From an uncultured candidatus Porisulfidus sp. (GTDB lineage Bacteria > Pseudomonadota > Gammaproteobacteria > Poriferisulfidales > Poriferisulfidaceae), in the NCBI GenBank assembly GCA_965116025.1, contig OZ220480.1:96001-160000 (forward strand): a stretch of 64,000 bases of DNA. The letters run 5' to 3'. This document shows, piece after piece, positions 39,701 to 43,960 of the stretch. Each line of letters begins with the position of its first letter. Positions within the stretch are counted from its first letter, which is position 1. Under the pieces are notes generated by a model. It saw only the letters and a program-made list of their open reading frames with translations. It searched no databases and was not told the DNA's origin. The position numbers and the translations under genes are program-made.

Positions 39701-41547
39701 CGGGTCTCCAGAACCACCGCGTACTCGGCATCGGCGCCACCCTCAACCATCGACAATGAGGTCGGCGTGACCGTCACTCTGGCTTCGGCGGGTATGCCCC
39801 TAGCCACTTCCGACGGCGGGCCATCGCCAGAGATATTCACCGCGCGAATCCTGAACGAGTACGTGGTGTCCGCGGTCAAACCCGAAACCGTATGGGTCGT
39901 CGTGGCGGCACCGGAGCTTGGGATCGGCGACCAAGCGTCATTGGACTCAAAATTGCCAGTACCCACCTTTCGCTGGTATTCCCATCGGATGATGCTGGGG
40001 TCAATCGGATCATTCCAGGACAGCATCATCTTCGCGTTGCCCACTGGCGTGGCCTCCAGGCCTGCCGGTTTGCTGGGGGGCGGGATTGGCGTCGCCGTCA
40101 CTTCATCCGATTCTGGGCCTCCGCCTCCCGCATTCCGCGCGTGAATTTTGAAGGTATAGGTTTGCCCGTTCGCCAGGTCCGCCACCGTGTGACTTGTCGT
40201 GCTCGCGTTGGAGGCTATCGGAATCCAGTTACTATAAAGCCTTTTGCCCTGCTTCAGCTGATAACTCCACCCATCGATACTTGGGTCTTCAGGATCATCC
40301 CAAGAGAGCGTCACCTTTTCGTGGCCCGGCGTGGCGGTCAAACCCTCCGGTTTTTCTGGACGCGGGACTTGCGGACTCACAAACAGCCTCTGCGATAGGG
40401 CACCTTCAGCCGAACCATTCCTCGCGCGAATCTGAAAATGGTACCGCGTCCCATTCGCCAGACCCGTCACCGTATGGCTGGTGGTGCCTGCGCCAGAATT
40501 CTGGATAGGAGCCCAAACTGGTTGCCTGCTTGGACGCGGGTACTGGGAGTACTCCCACTTCGTGATTCTGGGGTTGCCGCTTGGAGCATCCCAAGACAGC
40601 GTCACCTGCTTATTGCCCGCCATCACCTGAAAGTTGGTCGGCATGCCTGGCTTGGTGTCATCGTCGACGATAGTGAGAGCGATATCTCCCTGTTCCCAGA
40701 TGAATCCGCTATCATCAAAGTTGCCATCACCGAGAGTGCCTGTGCGTCGCACCCAAACCTGTAGCCGCAACACCTCATCAGCCTCCATATTCTTGTCGCC
40801 CCGGATGCCAACCTCAAGCGTTCCGGTTCTCTTACCAGCCGGTATTAGCACCGTTCTTCTGAGCCAGCAAGCGTCCTCTTCAGTCAGAGCTGTGTTAGTG
40901 CATAAACCGTTGTCCGAGTTTCTATCGAACCAACTTCCCCTAGTCTTCTTAACATAACCAGACCCGAAAGCGCGACTCTCGACGACCTCCAACGCCAAAT
41001 GATTAGGATATGCTGGATCAACAGAGAACGCGTCCGCGCTGAGCGTGATGTGAAGGGTGACGGTTTTGGTGTCACTATCTCCTTCCGCGATCCGCGGCGT
41101 GGTGGTCGACACATGAATGGGGCCACCCTTTTCCGATGGATCAGCTGGGGGAATTGGCGTCGCGACCGCCTCGTCTTGGACTACGACTATCGCACTCCCA
41201 CTCTCCCCTCGTTTCCGTGCGGTCACCTCGAAGGTGTAGGCGACCCCGTTCACTAAATTTTTCACTACATGGCGAGTAGCACTCGCGGTCTCCGAGATTC
41301 TTACGGCATCCCCGTATTCTTCTCCAGCCGCTTTTATCTTGTATTCCCACCACTGGATAGTAGCGTCTTCTGGATCTGTCCATTCCAGAGTCACTTCCCC
41401 ATCACCCGATGTCGCGGTGAGGACCGTGCTGGAGGCTCTCGTGTCCTGCGGGGCCAGCGCGGCACTCAGCGCGAGCAGAAAAGCGACGGCGAACGCCGCG
41501 TTCTTGCGATAGGCTGTTTTCCAGGAGCAGCCCGCGGATTCAGCCAT
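12727..41547 (-). CDS. Giant autotransporter adhesin (9606 aa) with FN3, Calx-beta and Ig/PKD-like repeats and a C-terminal beta-barrel
   Basis: Signal-peptide-like AAFAVAFLLALSAALA. About 25 FN3 modules (GDGxVTLSW...YxFxIRAVN), Calx-beta modules (ITDDxLDExDETF...TITDDD), and a C-terminal barrel (VWGRGG...LLAGAAVSYS...LMLRSSLRW) ending in Trp. Confidence 0.92.
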   Translation of the reverse strand: MAESAGCSWKTAYRKNAAFAVAFLLALSAALAPQDTRASSTVLTATSGDGEVTLEWTDPEDATIQWWEYKIKAAGEEYGDAVRISETASATRHVVKNLVNGVAYTFEVTARKRGESGSAIVVVQDEAVATPIPPADPSEKGGPIHVSTTTPRIAEGDSDTKTVTLHITLSADAFSVDPAYPNHLALEVVESRAFGSGYVKKTRGSWFDRNSDNGLCTNTALTEEDACWLRRTVLIPAGKRTGTLEVGIRGDKNMEADEVLRLQVWVRRTGTLGDGNFDDSGFIWEQGDIALTIVDDDTKPGMPTNFQVMAGNKQVTLSWDAPSGNPRITKWEYSQYPRPSRQPVWAPIQNSGAGTTSHTVTGLANGTRYHFQIRARNGSAEGALSQRLFVSPQVPRPEKPEGLTATPGHEKVTLSWDDPEDPSIDGWSYQLKQGKRLYSNWIPIASNASTTSHTVADLANGQTYTFKIHARNAGGGGPESDEVTATPIPPPSKPAGLEATPVGNAKMMLSWNDPIDPSIIRWEYQRKVGTGNFESNDAWSPIPSSGAATTTHTVSGLTADTTYSFRIRAVNISGDGPPSEVARGIPAEARVTVTPTSLSMVEGGADAEYAVVLETRPTGKVTVTVRSSSSDVMATPAVLTFTTVNWETSRTVTVTAKQDADAVTDPDVTLAHRARGGDYVWTAIDSVIVKVQEDDKVPPKPFISSATPGEKRATLAWLRPRDESIAITRWDYRQKAGTGPYGEWIRIPSSNASTTSHTVTSLTNGTRYKFQVRAVNGNGAGVASNEAEAIPPGKIILLSASKTRFIEGNAGETPVTIDILLGELPPSSGGFGGNFRQLLFHLVIDDASTAAGNTNISVNSCEEPKPVDADMCWSAGSNSVLFLGGGKTKQFTFSIRGDENVEPDETITLRVENAPPDWVATSSATITIVNDEVPPVAPTGFTAMAGDGEATLSWNDPPSEDRITKWQFRRNVDGGAYSDWTDIPNSDASTTSHTVTGLINGSIYGFQTRAVNLYGDGAASVEATARPLALPAAPLGFAATAGDGRATLSWNDPDDASITKWQIRRKEEAGGYGGWIDIDGSGASTTSHLVTGLTNGLIYAFQVRAVNVAGPGAASVDAAVTPLPPRPAKPTGFSAMAGDGEVTLSWTVLGDASVTKWQYQQKAGAPNYGNWTDIDGSGFGTTSYVVMGLTNETAYGFKVRAVNVAGPGAASDEATATPQRVLPAKPTGFTAIGGDELVILSWTILGDASVTKWQFQQKTGTANYGNWTDITGSGASSTRHVVGSLTNGTVYKFKIRAVNSKGNGQASDEKTATPQSRTPAKPTGLRAQPGNGQVTLSWDAASDGITNRWIVRYKTSIEINFPEWLGGPGNRVSVSTTSHTVTGLSNGIQYDFQIRAMKSLQGSIEYGSVSVVPRPKPAPPAGFTATAGDGEVTLSWTNPGNASITKWQYQQKAGAAAYGDWIDIGGSAAGTTSFVVTNLMNGTAYGFKIRAINPSGDGSESPEKTATPTLAAPCRVGIQKAEGNLISSNGEMSGTLWMIIPADCGKVTGAEFQTKAPAENWDDAATWSSAVNKSQSGSATKVWTLSFTVRELDSSWSGPLDLRARAVNDTVAGPVSDQTQIWAGVVDAPSELRAVAGNGSVTLRWNAQSGQGIQSWQYQYKSGGEDYGEAPADFHVVNLASATSVVAEGLKNGVEYTFRLRARFGSGENSSPWSEEVTSTPTSMPLGVSLSPRALRVPEGSDRSYTVALDARPSGSVTVTVGGASGDVTAAPNLLTFTTMNWNAPQTVTVSAMSDDDALPDPAVMLTHAATGGGYGDVSIDKVVVTVTESDAPGVSVSTSALMVEEGDAGEYEVKLDTRPSGNVTVTVGGASGDVTVSGFPMVFGASNWNVARTVTVTAGEDDDARADPMVTLTHGVLGADYDNVDIDDVVVTVTEDDPPVKPTNFRAMAGDARVTLSWDDPKNELITGWELRHGKASGNQGAWTRIPGSSAGTTGHTVTNLDNGTEYRFQTRAVSANGEGAVSDEVRAIPVPRPSAPSDFTATASDGRVTLSWRDPGDASVTRWEYQRKEGTGRYGSWMAIRSSSASTTSHELTGLTNGTTYGFKIRAVNPSGFGASSVEVTVRPLPPLPAAPTAFAAMAGDRQVTLSWTALGDASVTKWQYQQKAGTAAYGDWIDIGGSAAGTTGHKVTGLTNGIAYGFKIRAVNLGGPGAESPEVSATPVLSRPAAPTGLRAEGSDRRVTLFWNNPNDSSITKWQFRQKSGRGSYADWADISGSRATTTYYAVTGVSETRTFQIRAVNAAGPGAPSGEVTQGPDSGKPARPTGLKATPGNGKVRLSWDDPDDEKITSWMVRYRTFPIVQFRRWHENVPTVKRNIKSTSYVVGNLPNGRRSDFEVVALAGSNVFDGEIGDPARASATPVPLPAKPTGLRAQPGNGQVTLSWNNPNNPNIAKWQYQFKAGADPNYQPWVDIGGSGAGTTSYVVMGLINQAEYQFRIRAVEPFGDGGPPSDSVDVGPTPDLVSIPKALTVAEGVGNAVVTITTTKAFQGRAIFNVLYGGVATGASDPANGDYDNDETTSVRFEESDLTKDITIPITDDDLDEKDETFTVSINSVRLSANFALTNAMATVTITDDDSSPVLDAIEDLTVRVGQTVDITASATDEDGDAITYAWTRKVGETTPALPNGTALNQDQLTFAPVGPGVYTMTVTASDGNGNEATEKVVITVVPALMVSIPSQVAVTEGTNASAVVKITTPEAFGRETTLNVSYGAASVGIAATGAPVPANGDYDNDQVTLVNFSSTDTMKNIMIPITDDHLDEDAETFAVTINSAALPAGFTLGNAVATVTITDDDASPVLDEIDDQTINLGQVVDITASAMDADGDDVTYAWTRKAGETVPALPARAVRNRARLAFIPVETGTYTMQVTASDGNGNTDTEDVTITVVSAAMVSVPKTLSVAEGAGNAVVTITATKAFPNGAVFNVSYSGTATGASNPANVDYDNDATTSVRFGASDLTKDITIPITDDELDDDAETIKVTISSAALPAGFTLGNAVTTVTITDDDASPVLAEIRDQTVGLGQMVDITASATDEDNDAITYVWTREAGETTPTLPNGTALNQAQLTFTPVDPGVYTMTVTASDGNGNTDTEKVVITVASKVEVSSVRLQVEEGGSGSYTVKLKSEPSDAVTVTVTEASGVTVDKSSLVFTTENWSAAQMVTVSADSDEDTDDHMAVLRHTAMGGDYDSVKIASVTVVVTDTTPTLQLLDNPATVTEGSNISLTVTSDRALMGDLSVSLTLADRGSSDFDADDISGALTQNFDAAFGTSASTTGTVAIPTTADSVVEGEETYTITLNDATGYAVGTDKTADGALDDPDPPVAPTGVAATAGDGQVTLSWTDPKDASITKWQFRRASGSTDLSAATWNNIPGSGATTKTHTVSGLTNGTAYRFQIRAVNLGGFGVASAEASAMPIPVPAKPMDLVATPVGSQRAELSWSDLGDSSVTSWEYRQEEGTGGYGSWIAIPNSVATTTKYVVTGLTDGTAHKFQIRAVNGAGDGAASDEAMATPKPYGVTLSMSALTVEEGETGAYTVKLDTRPSASVTVTVGGASGEVTVSGSPLAFTTASWATAQTVTVNVGADEDATDDTATLTHNVSSDDTNYGSSLSIDDVDVTVTDTTPTLQLLTNPAAVAEGTAISLTVTSDKVLTGMLQVSLTLADRGSSGFDASDISGALTQTLDAAFGATPSQTGTVTIPTNVDGEVEKAETYQITLNDAAGYAVGDDAMADGTLNDGTKMVSIPSTLTVAEGVGDATVTITASEAVGAAVTFSVSYSGGTATGASDPSSGDYDNDVVTSLAFSSTDTTRDIEIPITNDDLDEDDETFTVAIALAQGSALPTGFGLSNSATTVTITDDDESPVLVEIADETVQVGETVDITASATDEDGDTVTYAWTRAVGESLPAFPDNTALDVARLMFTPTSVGTYTMTVTASDGNGNADTEDVTITVTRAAGVTLSTTAVTVAEGGSETYTVVLNSLPTASVTVSVGGASGDVTVAPSALTFTTANWETAQAVTVMANHDRDAVTDPDVTLTHDAAGGGYGSVSVDSVTVSVTEDETAPEPPAKPKKFQATGSAGFVALSWADPDDDSITGWQLRYRKVGEGWGSWADIANSDASTMSYTVTTGLVSGSNYQFQIRAQNDGGNSKPSNTANATPTPAPANAPGKPVSFAATGGNGQVTLTWRNPNDASITRWEYRRKAGTGSYGGWTPIPNSVAATTSYAVPGLTNGTAYTFQLRAVNLASDGAESDAASATPKMPVAPTLTATVGVKGAVTLNWSVMDSDPHAIVENAARLGRWQIRYRPKGGNEENWELELLTDVDSDARTAETNLSRLIPHGGVVEIQIRASGGLPGTSSVSVVWGPWSNIASITLEDGDEPLNKALKIVGAPVTVAPGATASYTVALMKPYAAGTLSISSSTTAKATVDPSSLAFTVSNYATAQTVTVTGVDVGTAIINHSYRLSGASADFIPDAGTVSVTVLAKPGKPTNFAATAGDGQVNLRWDDPEDASITIWQSRHGKVGEDWGDWTDIDGSDAETTSHVVMRLENGSEYRFQIRAKNGAGDGAESEAVKATPEEASSTVSLSVADVSVAEDGTFSFTVTANPAPSEEVTFKYMVTAASGDTATAGADFTAVTVATAASIAASSTSTTITVSVVDDDLDELNETFTVTLSDPSDGVVIGDATATGTIEDDDESPILTDIEDEMVKVGETVDITASATDGDGDTVSYVWTRKSSEISPALPNGTALNQARLTFTPTSVGTYTMTVTASDGNGNADTEDVTITVTRAAKVTLSTTALTVEEGETGTYTVKLDSRPSESVTVTVGGASGEVTVSPSMLTFTTVNWATAQTVTVNADADEDATDDTATLTHGASSVDTNYGSSLSIDDVMVTVTDTTPTLQLLTNPAVVAEGTAISLTVTSDKVLTGMLQVSLTLADRGSSGFDASDISGALTQTLDAAFGATPSQMGTVTIPTSVDRIVESPETYRITLNDAAGYAVGDDAMADGTLNDDTKTVSVLSTLTVAEGAGDATVTVTASGAFGAAVTFNVSYSGGTATGAPNPSDGDYDNNAVASVVFMDTDTMRDIEIPITDDDLDEDDETFTVTISSSATLPAGFALGNAATTVTITDDDESPVLTKVADETVKVGETVDITASATDGDGDTVSYVWTRKSSETLPALPNGTVLNQARLTFMPTSVGTYTMTVTASDGNGNADTEDVTVTVTRAAGVTLSPTALTVVEGSTGTYTVKLDTRPSGSVTVSPTSADAGTATVSPSMLTFTTANWETAQAVTVTAKSDVDATDETVKVTHPVMGYGSVTAGGAVTVSVDDDDTAGVTLSPGTLTVAEGSTGTYTAKLDTRPSVGVTVTVGGASGEVMVSPSALTFTTANWATAQAVKVNAGADEDVTDDTATLTHGASSGDTNYGPSLDIDDVMVTVTDTTPTLQLLTDPMAVDEGADISLTVTSDRALTGDLPVSLTLANRGSSGFDASDVAGALAQTFTASFGATPSLTGTVTVPTSVDRIVESVETYRITLKDAAGYALGADKTADGTLNDDTKTVSVPSSLSVTEGTDASATVTVTVSKAFDVAVTFDVSYADGTATGAPNPSDGDYENDAVTSVAFMLTDTTKSISIPITDDDLGENDETFTVTINPAATLPAGFALGNAATTVTITDDEGMMATSVPMKPTGLTTTAGDNQVTLAWDNPDDSSITRWEYRQREWKLAGAAGKWGDWIRITGSGAATTSHTVTDLELGTSYGFSIRAVNSLGNGTASDEVREIPVEGTITLSASETRVTEGDSGETEVTLTVTLSKPAPDVDRNRLLGFLVSVLYSQTSVSTAKVGEDFKGTPAHVRIPIGETRGTATLKIVGDEKSESDEVIELNAYYARGGTDWAPDSIKITILDDDSAKVRVYPAELEVVEGASGSYAVELATQPSASVTVTVGGASGEVTVDPSALTFTTANWDTAQAVTVNAGADEDAIDDTATLTHGASSDDANYGPSLNIDDVDVTVTDLTPTLQLLTNPAVVDEGADINLTVTSDRALTGDLAVSLTLADRGSSGFDTNDIPGALAQTFDVAFGTNPSLTGTVTIPTSLDRIVESPETYRITLNDAADYVVGDDAVADGTLNDDTKTVSVPSSLPVTEGTDANATVTITASEAFGEAVTFNVSYSGGTATGASDPSDGDYDNDAVTSVAFSSADTTQDIEIPITNDDLDEDDETFTVTINPAATLPAGFALGNAATTVTITDDDESPVLADIEDETVNVGETVDITASATDGDGDTVSYVWTRKSDETLPALPNGTALSQARLTFMPPSVGTYTMTVTASDGSGNTDTEDVTITVTRPAGVTLSPATLSVAEGATGTYTVALDSRPSGSVTVSPTSADEGAATVSPSTLTFTTANWETARTVTVTAEGDADATDETVRVTHPVTGYAGVSAGGVVTVSVADDETAGVTLSPATLSVAEGATGTYTVALDSRPSGSVTVSPTSADEGAATVSPSTLTFTTANWETARTVTVTAEGDADATDETVRVTHPVTGYAGVSAGGVVTVSVADDETAGVTLSPATLSVAEGATGTYTVALDSRPSGSVTVSPTSADEGAATVSPSTLTFTTANWETARTVTVTAEGDADATDETVRVTHPVTGYAGVSAGGVVTVSVADDETAGVTLSPATLSVAEGATGTYTVALDSRPSGSVTVSPTSADEGAATVSPSTLTFTTANWETARTVTVTAEGDADATDETVRVTHPVTGYAGVSAGGVVTVSVADDETAGVTLSPATLSVAEGATGTYTVALDSRPSGSVTVSPTSADEGAATVSPSTLTFTTANWETARTVTVTAEGDADATDETVRVTHPVTGYAGVSAGGVVTVSVADDETAGVTLSPATLSVAEGATGTYTVALDSRPSGSVTVSPTSADEGAATVSPSTLTFTTANWETARTVTVTAEGDADATDETVRVTHPVTGYAGVSAGGVVTVSVADDETAGVTLSPATLSVAEGATGTYTVALDSRPSGSVTVSPTSADEGAATVSPSTLTFTTANWETARTVTVTAEGDADATDETVRVTHPVTGYAGVSAGGVVTVSVADDETAGVTLSPATLSVAEGATGTYTVALDSRPSGSVTVSPTSADEGAATVSPSTLTFTTANWETARTVTVTAEGDADATDETVRVTHPVTGYAGVSAGGVVTVSVADDETAGVTLSPATLSVAEGATGTYTVALDSRPSGSVTVSPTSADEGAATVSPSTLTFTTANWETARTVTVTAEGDADATDETVRVTHPVTGYAGVSAGGVVTVSVADDETAGVTLSPATLSVAEGATGTYTVALDSRPSGSVTVSPTSADEGAATVSPSTLTFTTANWETARTVTVTAEGDADATDETVRVTHPVTGYAGVSAGGVVTVSVADDETAGVTLSPATLSVAEGATGTYTVALDSRPSGSVTVSPTSADEGAATVSPSTLTFTTANWETARTVTVTAEGDADATDETVRVTHPVTGYAGVSAGGVVTVSVADDETAGVTLSPATLSVAEGATGTYTVALDSRPSGSVTVSPTSADEGAATVSPSTLTFTTANWETARTVTVTAEGDADATDETVRVTHPVTGYAGVSAGGVVTVSVADDETAGVTLSPATLSVAEGATGTYTVALDSRPSGSVTVSPTSADEGAATVSPSTLTFTTANWETARTVTVTAEGDADATDETVRVTHPVTGYAGVSAGGVVTVSVADDETAGVTLSPATLSVAEGATGTYTVALDSRPSGSVTVSPTSADEGAATVSPSTLTFTTANWETARTVTVTAEGDADATDETVRVTHPVTGYAGVSAGGVVTVSVADDETAGVTLSPATLSVAEGATGTYTVALDSRPSGSVTVSPTSADEGAATVSPSTLTFTTANWETARTVTVTAEGDADATDETVRVTHPVTGYAGVSAGGVVTVSVADDETAGVTLSPATLSVAEGATGTYTVALDSRPSGSVTVSPTSADEGAATVSPSTLTFTTANWETARTVTVTAEGDADATDETVRVTHPVTGYAGVSAGGVVTVSVADDETAGVTLSPATLSVAEGATGTYTVALDSRPSGSVTVSPTSADEGAATVSPSTLTFTTANWETARTVTVTAEGDADATDETVRVTHPVTGYAGVSAGGVVTVSVADDETAGVTLSPATLSVAEGATGTYTVALDSRPSGSVTVSPTSADEGAATVSPSTLTFTTANWETARTVTVTAEGDADATDETVRVTHPVTGYAGVSAGGVVTVSVADDETAGVTLSPATLSVAEGATGTYTVALDSRPSGSVTVSPTSADEGAATVSPSTLTFTTANWETARTVTVTAEGDADATDETVRVTHPVTGYAGVSAGGVVTVSVADDETAGVTLSPATLSVAEGATGTYTVALDSRPSGSVTVSPTSADEGAATVSPSTLTFTTANWETARTVTVTAEGDADATDETVRVTHPVTGYAGVSAGGVVTVSVADDETAGVTLSPATLSVAEGATGTYTVALDSRPSGSVTVSPTSADEGAATVSPSTLTFTTANWETARTVTVTAEGDADATDETVRVTHPVTGYAGVSAGGVVTVSVADDETAGVTLSPATLSVAEGATGTYTVALDSRPSGSVTVSPTSADEGAATVSPSTLTFTTANWETARTVTVTAEGDADATDETVRVTHPVTGYAGVSAGGVVTVSVADDETAGVTLSPATLSVAEGATGTYTVALDSRPSGSVTVSPTSADEGAATVSPSTLTFTTANWETARTVTVTAEGDADATDETVRVTHPVTGYAGVSAGGVVTVSVADDETAGVTLSPATLSVAEGATGTYTVALDSRPSGSVTVSPTSADEGAATVSPSTLTFTTANWETARTVTVTAEGDADATDETVRVTHPVTGYAGVSAGGVVTVSVADDETAGVTLSPATLSVAEGATGTYTVALDAPPSGDVAITVDGASGDVSVEPSALTFTTANWKIAQTVTVSAARDEDVTTDADVTLTHSASGGGYDSANVGSVTVSVTDTTPTLQLLIDPEAVTEGVAISLTLTSDRELTGTLTVSLTLADRGASGFTEDDLPGGLGPRSFEAAFGDTASLTGVVTIPTRVDSEAEGAETYAITLNDAVGYAIGDDVTAAGALNDDSSMAAARANRINNEVLPHVAAAVLSQSLDVITDRIKVVSSGGIAESAFRIGALPAAGASGESRPRLRELLDGAAFALPLGVAGEETPVSVWGRGGQVSLDGSEDGVSWDGEVWSAHVGMDLRLRPDLLAGAAVSYSEADLDSKVDEVESVYETRLRAVHPYMAWLFGDGSSLWASAGYGRGEVRIEEESEAARSTDLTLVSAAVGGRHVLVSNEDLIGGGVTRLALKGEGSLAEARTDAEDGLVKLSVDTSRLRLALEGSHERALEGGGTLTPALEAGVRYDGGDAAEGAGLEAGVSLTYRDPVAGLTADFRTRALVEHERDRDEWGVSGMLSLAPGSDGRGPSLTLGFSRGGTESGIDRMFDRAPTSNLVGSGDVGAEYRLEAEIGHGFAVPGSGPVALVSPYAAFTLEEAGGRTVRFGTRYRLTDELSLSMEAERDLSGTSATEDRLMLRSSLRW
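14690..22397. repeat. Tandem array of about 24.2 apparently identical 318-bp units (106 aa each)
   Basis: Identical 72-aa antisense ORFs recur every 318 nt from 14921 to 22235. Boundaries were read from the sequence. Confidence 0.97.
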
Positions 41548-41567
41548 CGCGGCCCGTTCCTGCGGGA

Positions 41568-41600
<33 letters not shown>

Positions 41601-41785
41601 GCCCACCCAGGCGGAAAACCGCGACGGAGCGAACGGAGCGGCCCCGCTCGCCATCATCGTCTCAGCCCTGACCGGTGCCTCCGCGCCTAAGCGCGAAGGC
41701 TGGGCGAGAAGCTCGTCCAGCTTGATGCTCCGTTGCCTCATGAAACCAAGTTTCAGGGACTTAAACCATGTTGATTCCTCGCCCG

Positions 41786-41813
41786 ATTATAAACCGGTCA
41801 GGAAAAGCGACAA
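41786..41813 (-). promoter_or_regulatory. Putative sigma70 promoter of the adhesin gene
   Basis: Minus strand TTGTCG-N16-TATAAT, followed by GAGGA. Confidence 0.55.
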
Positions 41814-42287
41814 CTTTAAGTCACGCCCATTTAACTCGGTGACCACACCAGATTCCCATGCCCGAGCTAGAAGGAATTCCAAGCGAGAGGGCGATATTTT
41901 CTCGCTGGACCACGGACCGCATCGAGAAAACATCATCAGGCGCGCCCCAACGCTCCGAGATCGCTTCATCCAAAGAGCCGTATCAATTCCGCCCTTGCTC
42001 GCGATCCAGAGACCGCGCGATTAGATGGACTCCAACGCCGCCAGCTTCTACCGGACCATGCTCGCTCCGAACCTCCCCGACGGCGTCATCGCCACCGATT
42101 GAAGCCATGCGTCCGCGTCGCGCGAGATTCCTCGATATTCCCTTGACGCTCATGCGCGAGGCACGTCAGCACAACTCGCTGTCGCATATCCCATGTGCTA
42201 CCATGCTCCCGCGTTCTTGAAAAACCATCGCGGATAGAATTGAATCGAATTGGTTCAGGCTCGTGATTTCTTACAAACAGGCATGAG

Positions 42288-42824
42288 GTGCAGGAAAATC
42301 TGGTCATGCGCACCTTCCGGAAACGCGTCATGGAGCGCGCCAAGAGCCTTACAAAAGAAACGCCACTATGCCCGGCGGGGCCAGCGCGGCTCGTCAACCG
42401 ACCGGCGATGAACCACGCGCTGTCGCGCCTCACGCGATCAGAACGTCTCATGCAGATCTGTCACAGTGCCTGCACACGTCAGATCATGACCCGCTTTGGA
42501 CTTCGGAATCCTTGGAAATATAAGGCGATGGCCACTCTGTTGGAACTGTGGGACGAGACCATTGTCCCTTGTGGCGGAGCCACAACGAACCGGCTCGGGC
42601 TGACGACCCATAATCCGATTCGACGGATCTACTTCACACCTGGGAACGACTGGAAACAGCACTTCGAAAGGCGCGAAATCGTATCGAGTCACGCTCCCGG
42701 CCAGCAACTGGTAGCCCCGCCCCGCGAAGCGGGTAAACATCTCGGTCGCGCGTGCCACCATGCCGGCGTGGATGGAGGAGCCGGTAAGCGAGCACCTGTC
42801 TCATGGCTAATCCTCAATCTCTAG
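42288..42824 (+). pseudogene. Degenerate AbiEi-like (DUF6088-type) antitoxin
   Basis: ALSRLTRSERL...TRFG...ETIVPCGGATTNRLGLTTHNPIRRIYFT resembles the family pattern (ALSRL...AANxLGLTTQVP...YLT). The C-terminus is degraded. Confidence 0.65.
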
Positions 42825-43000
42825 ATCTTCCCGCCGATGACCGTCGCGCAGTCTTGGCGATAGCGGCGAGAAACCAAGGCCAAGCGGCGTATCTTCCAGA
42901 GAAGGATATCTGGGTCGGCGCGCGGCTTGACAGCCAGTTTCGTGCCCCGTTCGCTGAGCCGCTGATCATTGAAAGCCGCGGAACGGCGATCAGTCATTGA
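42803..43000 (+). pseudogene. N-terminal fragment of AbiEii nucleotidyltransferase toxin
   Basis: DRRAVLAIAA...YLPEKDIWV...PFAEPL. It ends before the FKGGTSLSK motif. Confidence 0.7.
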
Positions 43001-43008
43001 AAGGGCCC

Positions 43009-43959
43009 ATGCCCACCGAGCCCACTCCACGTTCCCGCACCAACGGCGACTGGACCGTCCTCGGCGTCAGCGGACCTGACGCGCGCGATTTTCTGCACGG
43101 CCAGCTCACCAACGACCTCCTGTCTCTTCCGAAGGATCGAGCCCAGTTGTCTGCCTACTGCGCGCCCAAGGGACAGATGATCGCCAACTTCCTGATCTGG
43201 CGAGCACTCGACGACTCGTTCCGCATCCTGCTTCCCCCAGGCATGGAAACGCACGTGTCGAACCGCCTGCGAATGTTCCAATTACGCGCCGATATCGAGA
43301 TCGAATCGCTGGCGGAATCGCTCCTCCTCTCCGGGGTCGAGGAATCCCATATCGGAGAGTCGCCCGACCTTCCCACGCCGCCGTCCTCCGCGCTCGACAA
43401 AATAGAGACCGAATCCCGCTCCATGATCGCTTGGCCGGGGCCGCGTCGACGGTGGCTGGTGATTCGCCATATTAGCGAGGGCCTCTCTCTGGAGGAGAAG
43501 AAAAGGAAGGTTTCGGGCTTGAGCTCTGATGAATGGCGACTTTGGGATATTGAGGATGGCGTCCCGTTCGTCCGCGCCGAGAACCGCGAGCATTTCGTCC
43601 CGCAACACTTGAACCTGGACTTGATCGGCGCGATCAATTTCGAGAAAGGATGCTACCCTGGCCAAGAAGTGGTCGCACGCATGCGATACCGGGGCCAAGT
43701 CAAGTTCCGCGCCTACCGCTTGAGCGGCGACCTTGAGCGAGCTCCAGCCCCGGGCGACCCCATTCATCTGGGCGATGCCCCTGCCACTCGTCCCTGCGGG
43801 CGGGTGATCGATGCCCGCGTCCCTCCCGAAGGCGGTCCTTGCCAGATTCTGGCCTCCGTCCGCGTGGCGGACGCCAGCGCGCCATTGCGCGCGCATAGTC
43901 CGGATGGCCCGGCGCTCAAGCGGCTCCCGCTCCCCTACGAACTACCTGAGGACGACTGA
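43009..43959 (+). CDS. ygfZ: Folate-binding Fe-S cluster repair protein YgfZ
   Basis: VSGPDARDFLHGQLTND and FEKGCYPGQEVVAR signature. Confidence 0.93.
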   Translation: MPTEPTPRSRTNGDWTVLGVSGPDARDFLHGQLTNDLLSLPKDRAQLSAYCAPKGQMIANFLIWRALDDSFRILLPPGMETHVSNRLRMFQLRADIEIESLAESLLLSGVEESHIGESPDLPTPPSSALDKIETESRSMIAWPGPRRRWLVIRHISEGLSLEEKKRKVSGLSSDEWRLWDIEDGVPFVRAENREHFVPQHLNLDLIGAINFEKGCYPGQEVVARMRYRGQVKFRAYRLSGDLERAPAPGDPIHLGDAPATRPCGRVIDARVPPEGGPCQILASVRVADASAPLRAHSPDGPALKRLPLPYELPEDD

Positions 43960-43960
43960 A

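Noticed and set aside
12727-41547. Diversity-generating retroelement acting on the adhesin
   Set aside because: There is no reverse transcriptase in the window, and I saw no repeat pair differing only at adenines.
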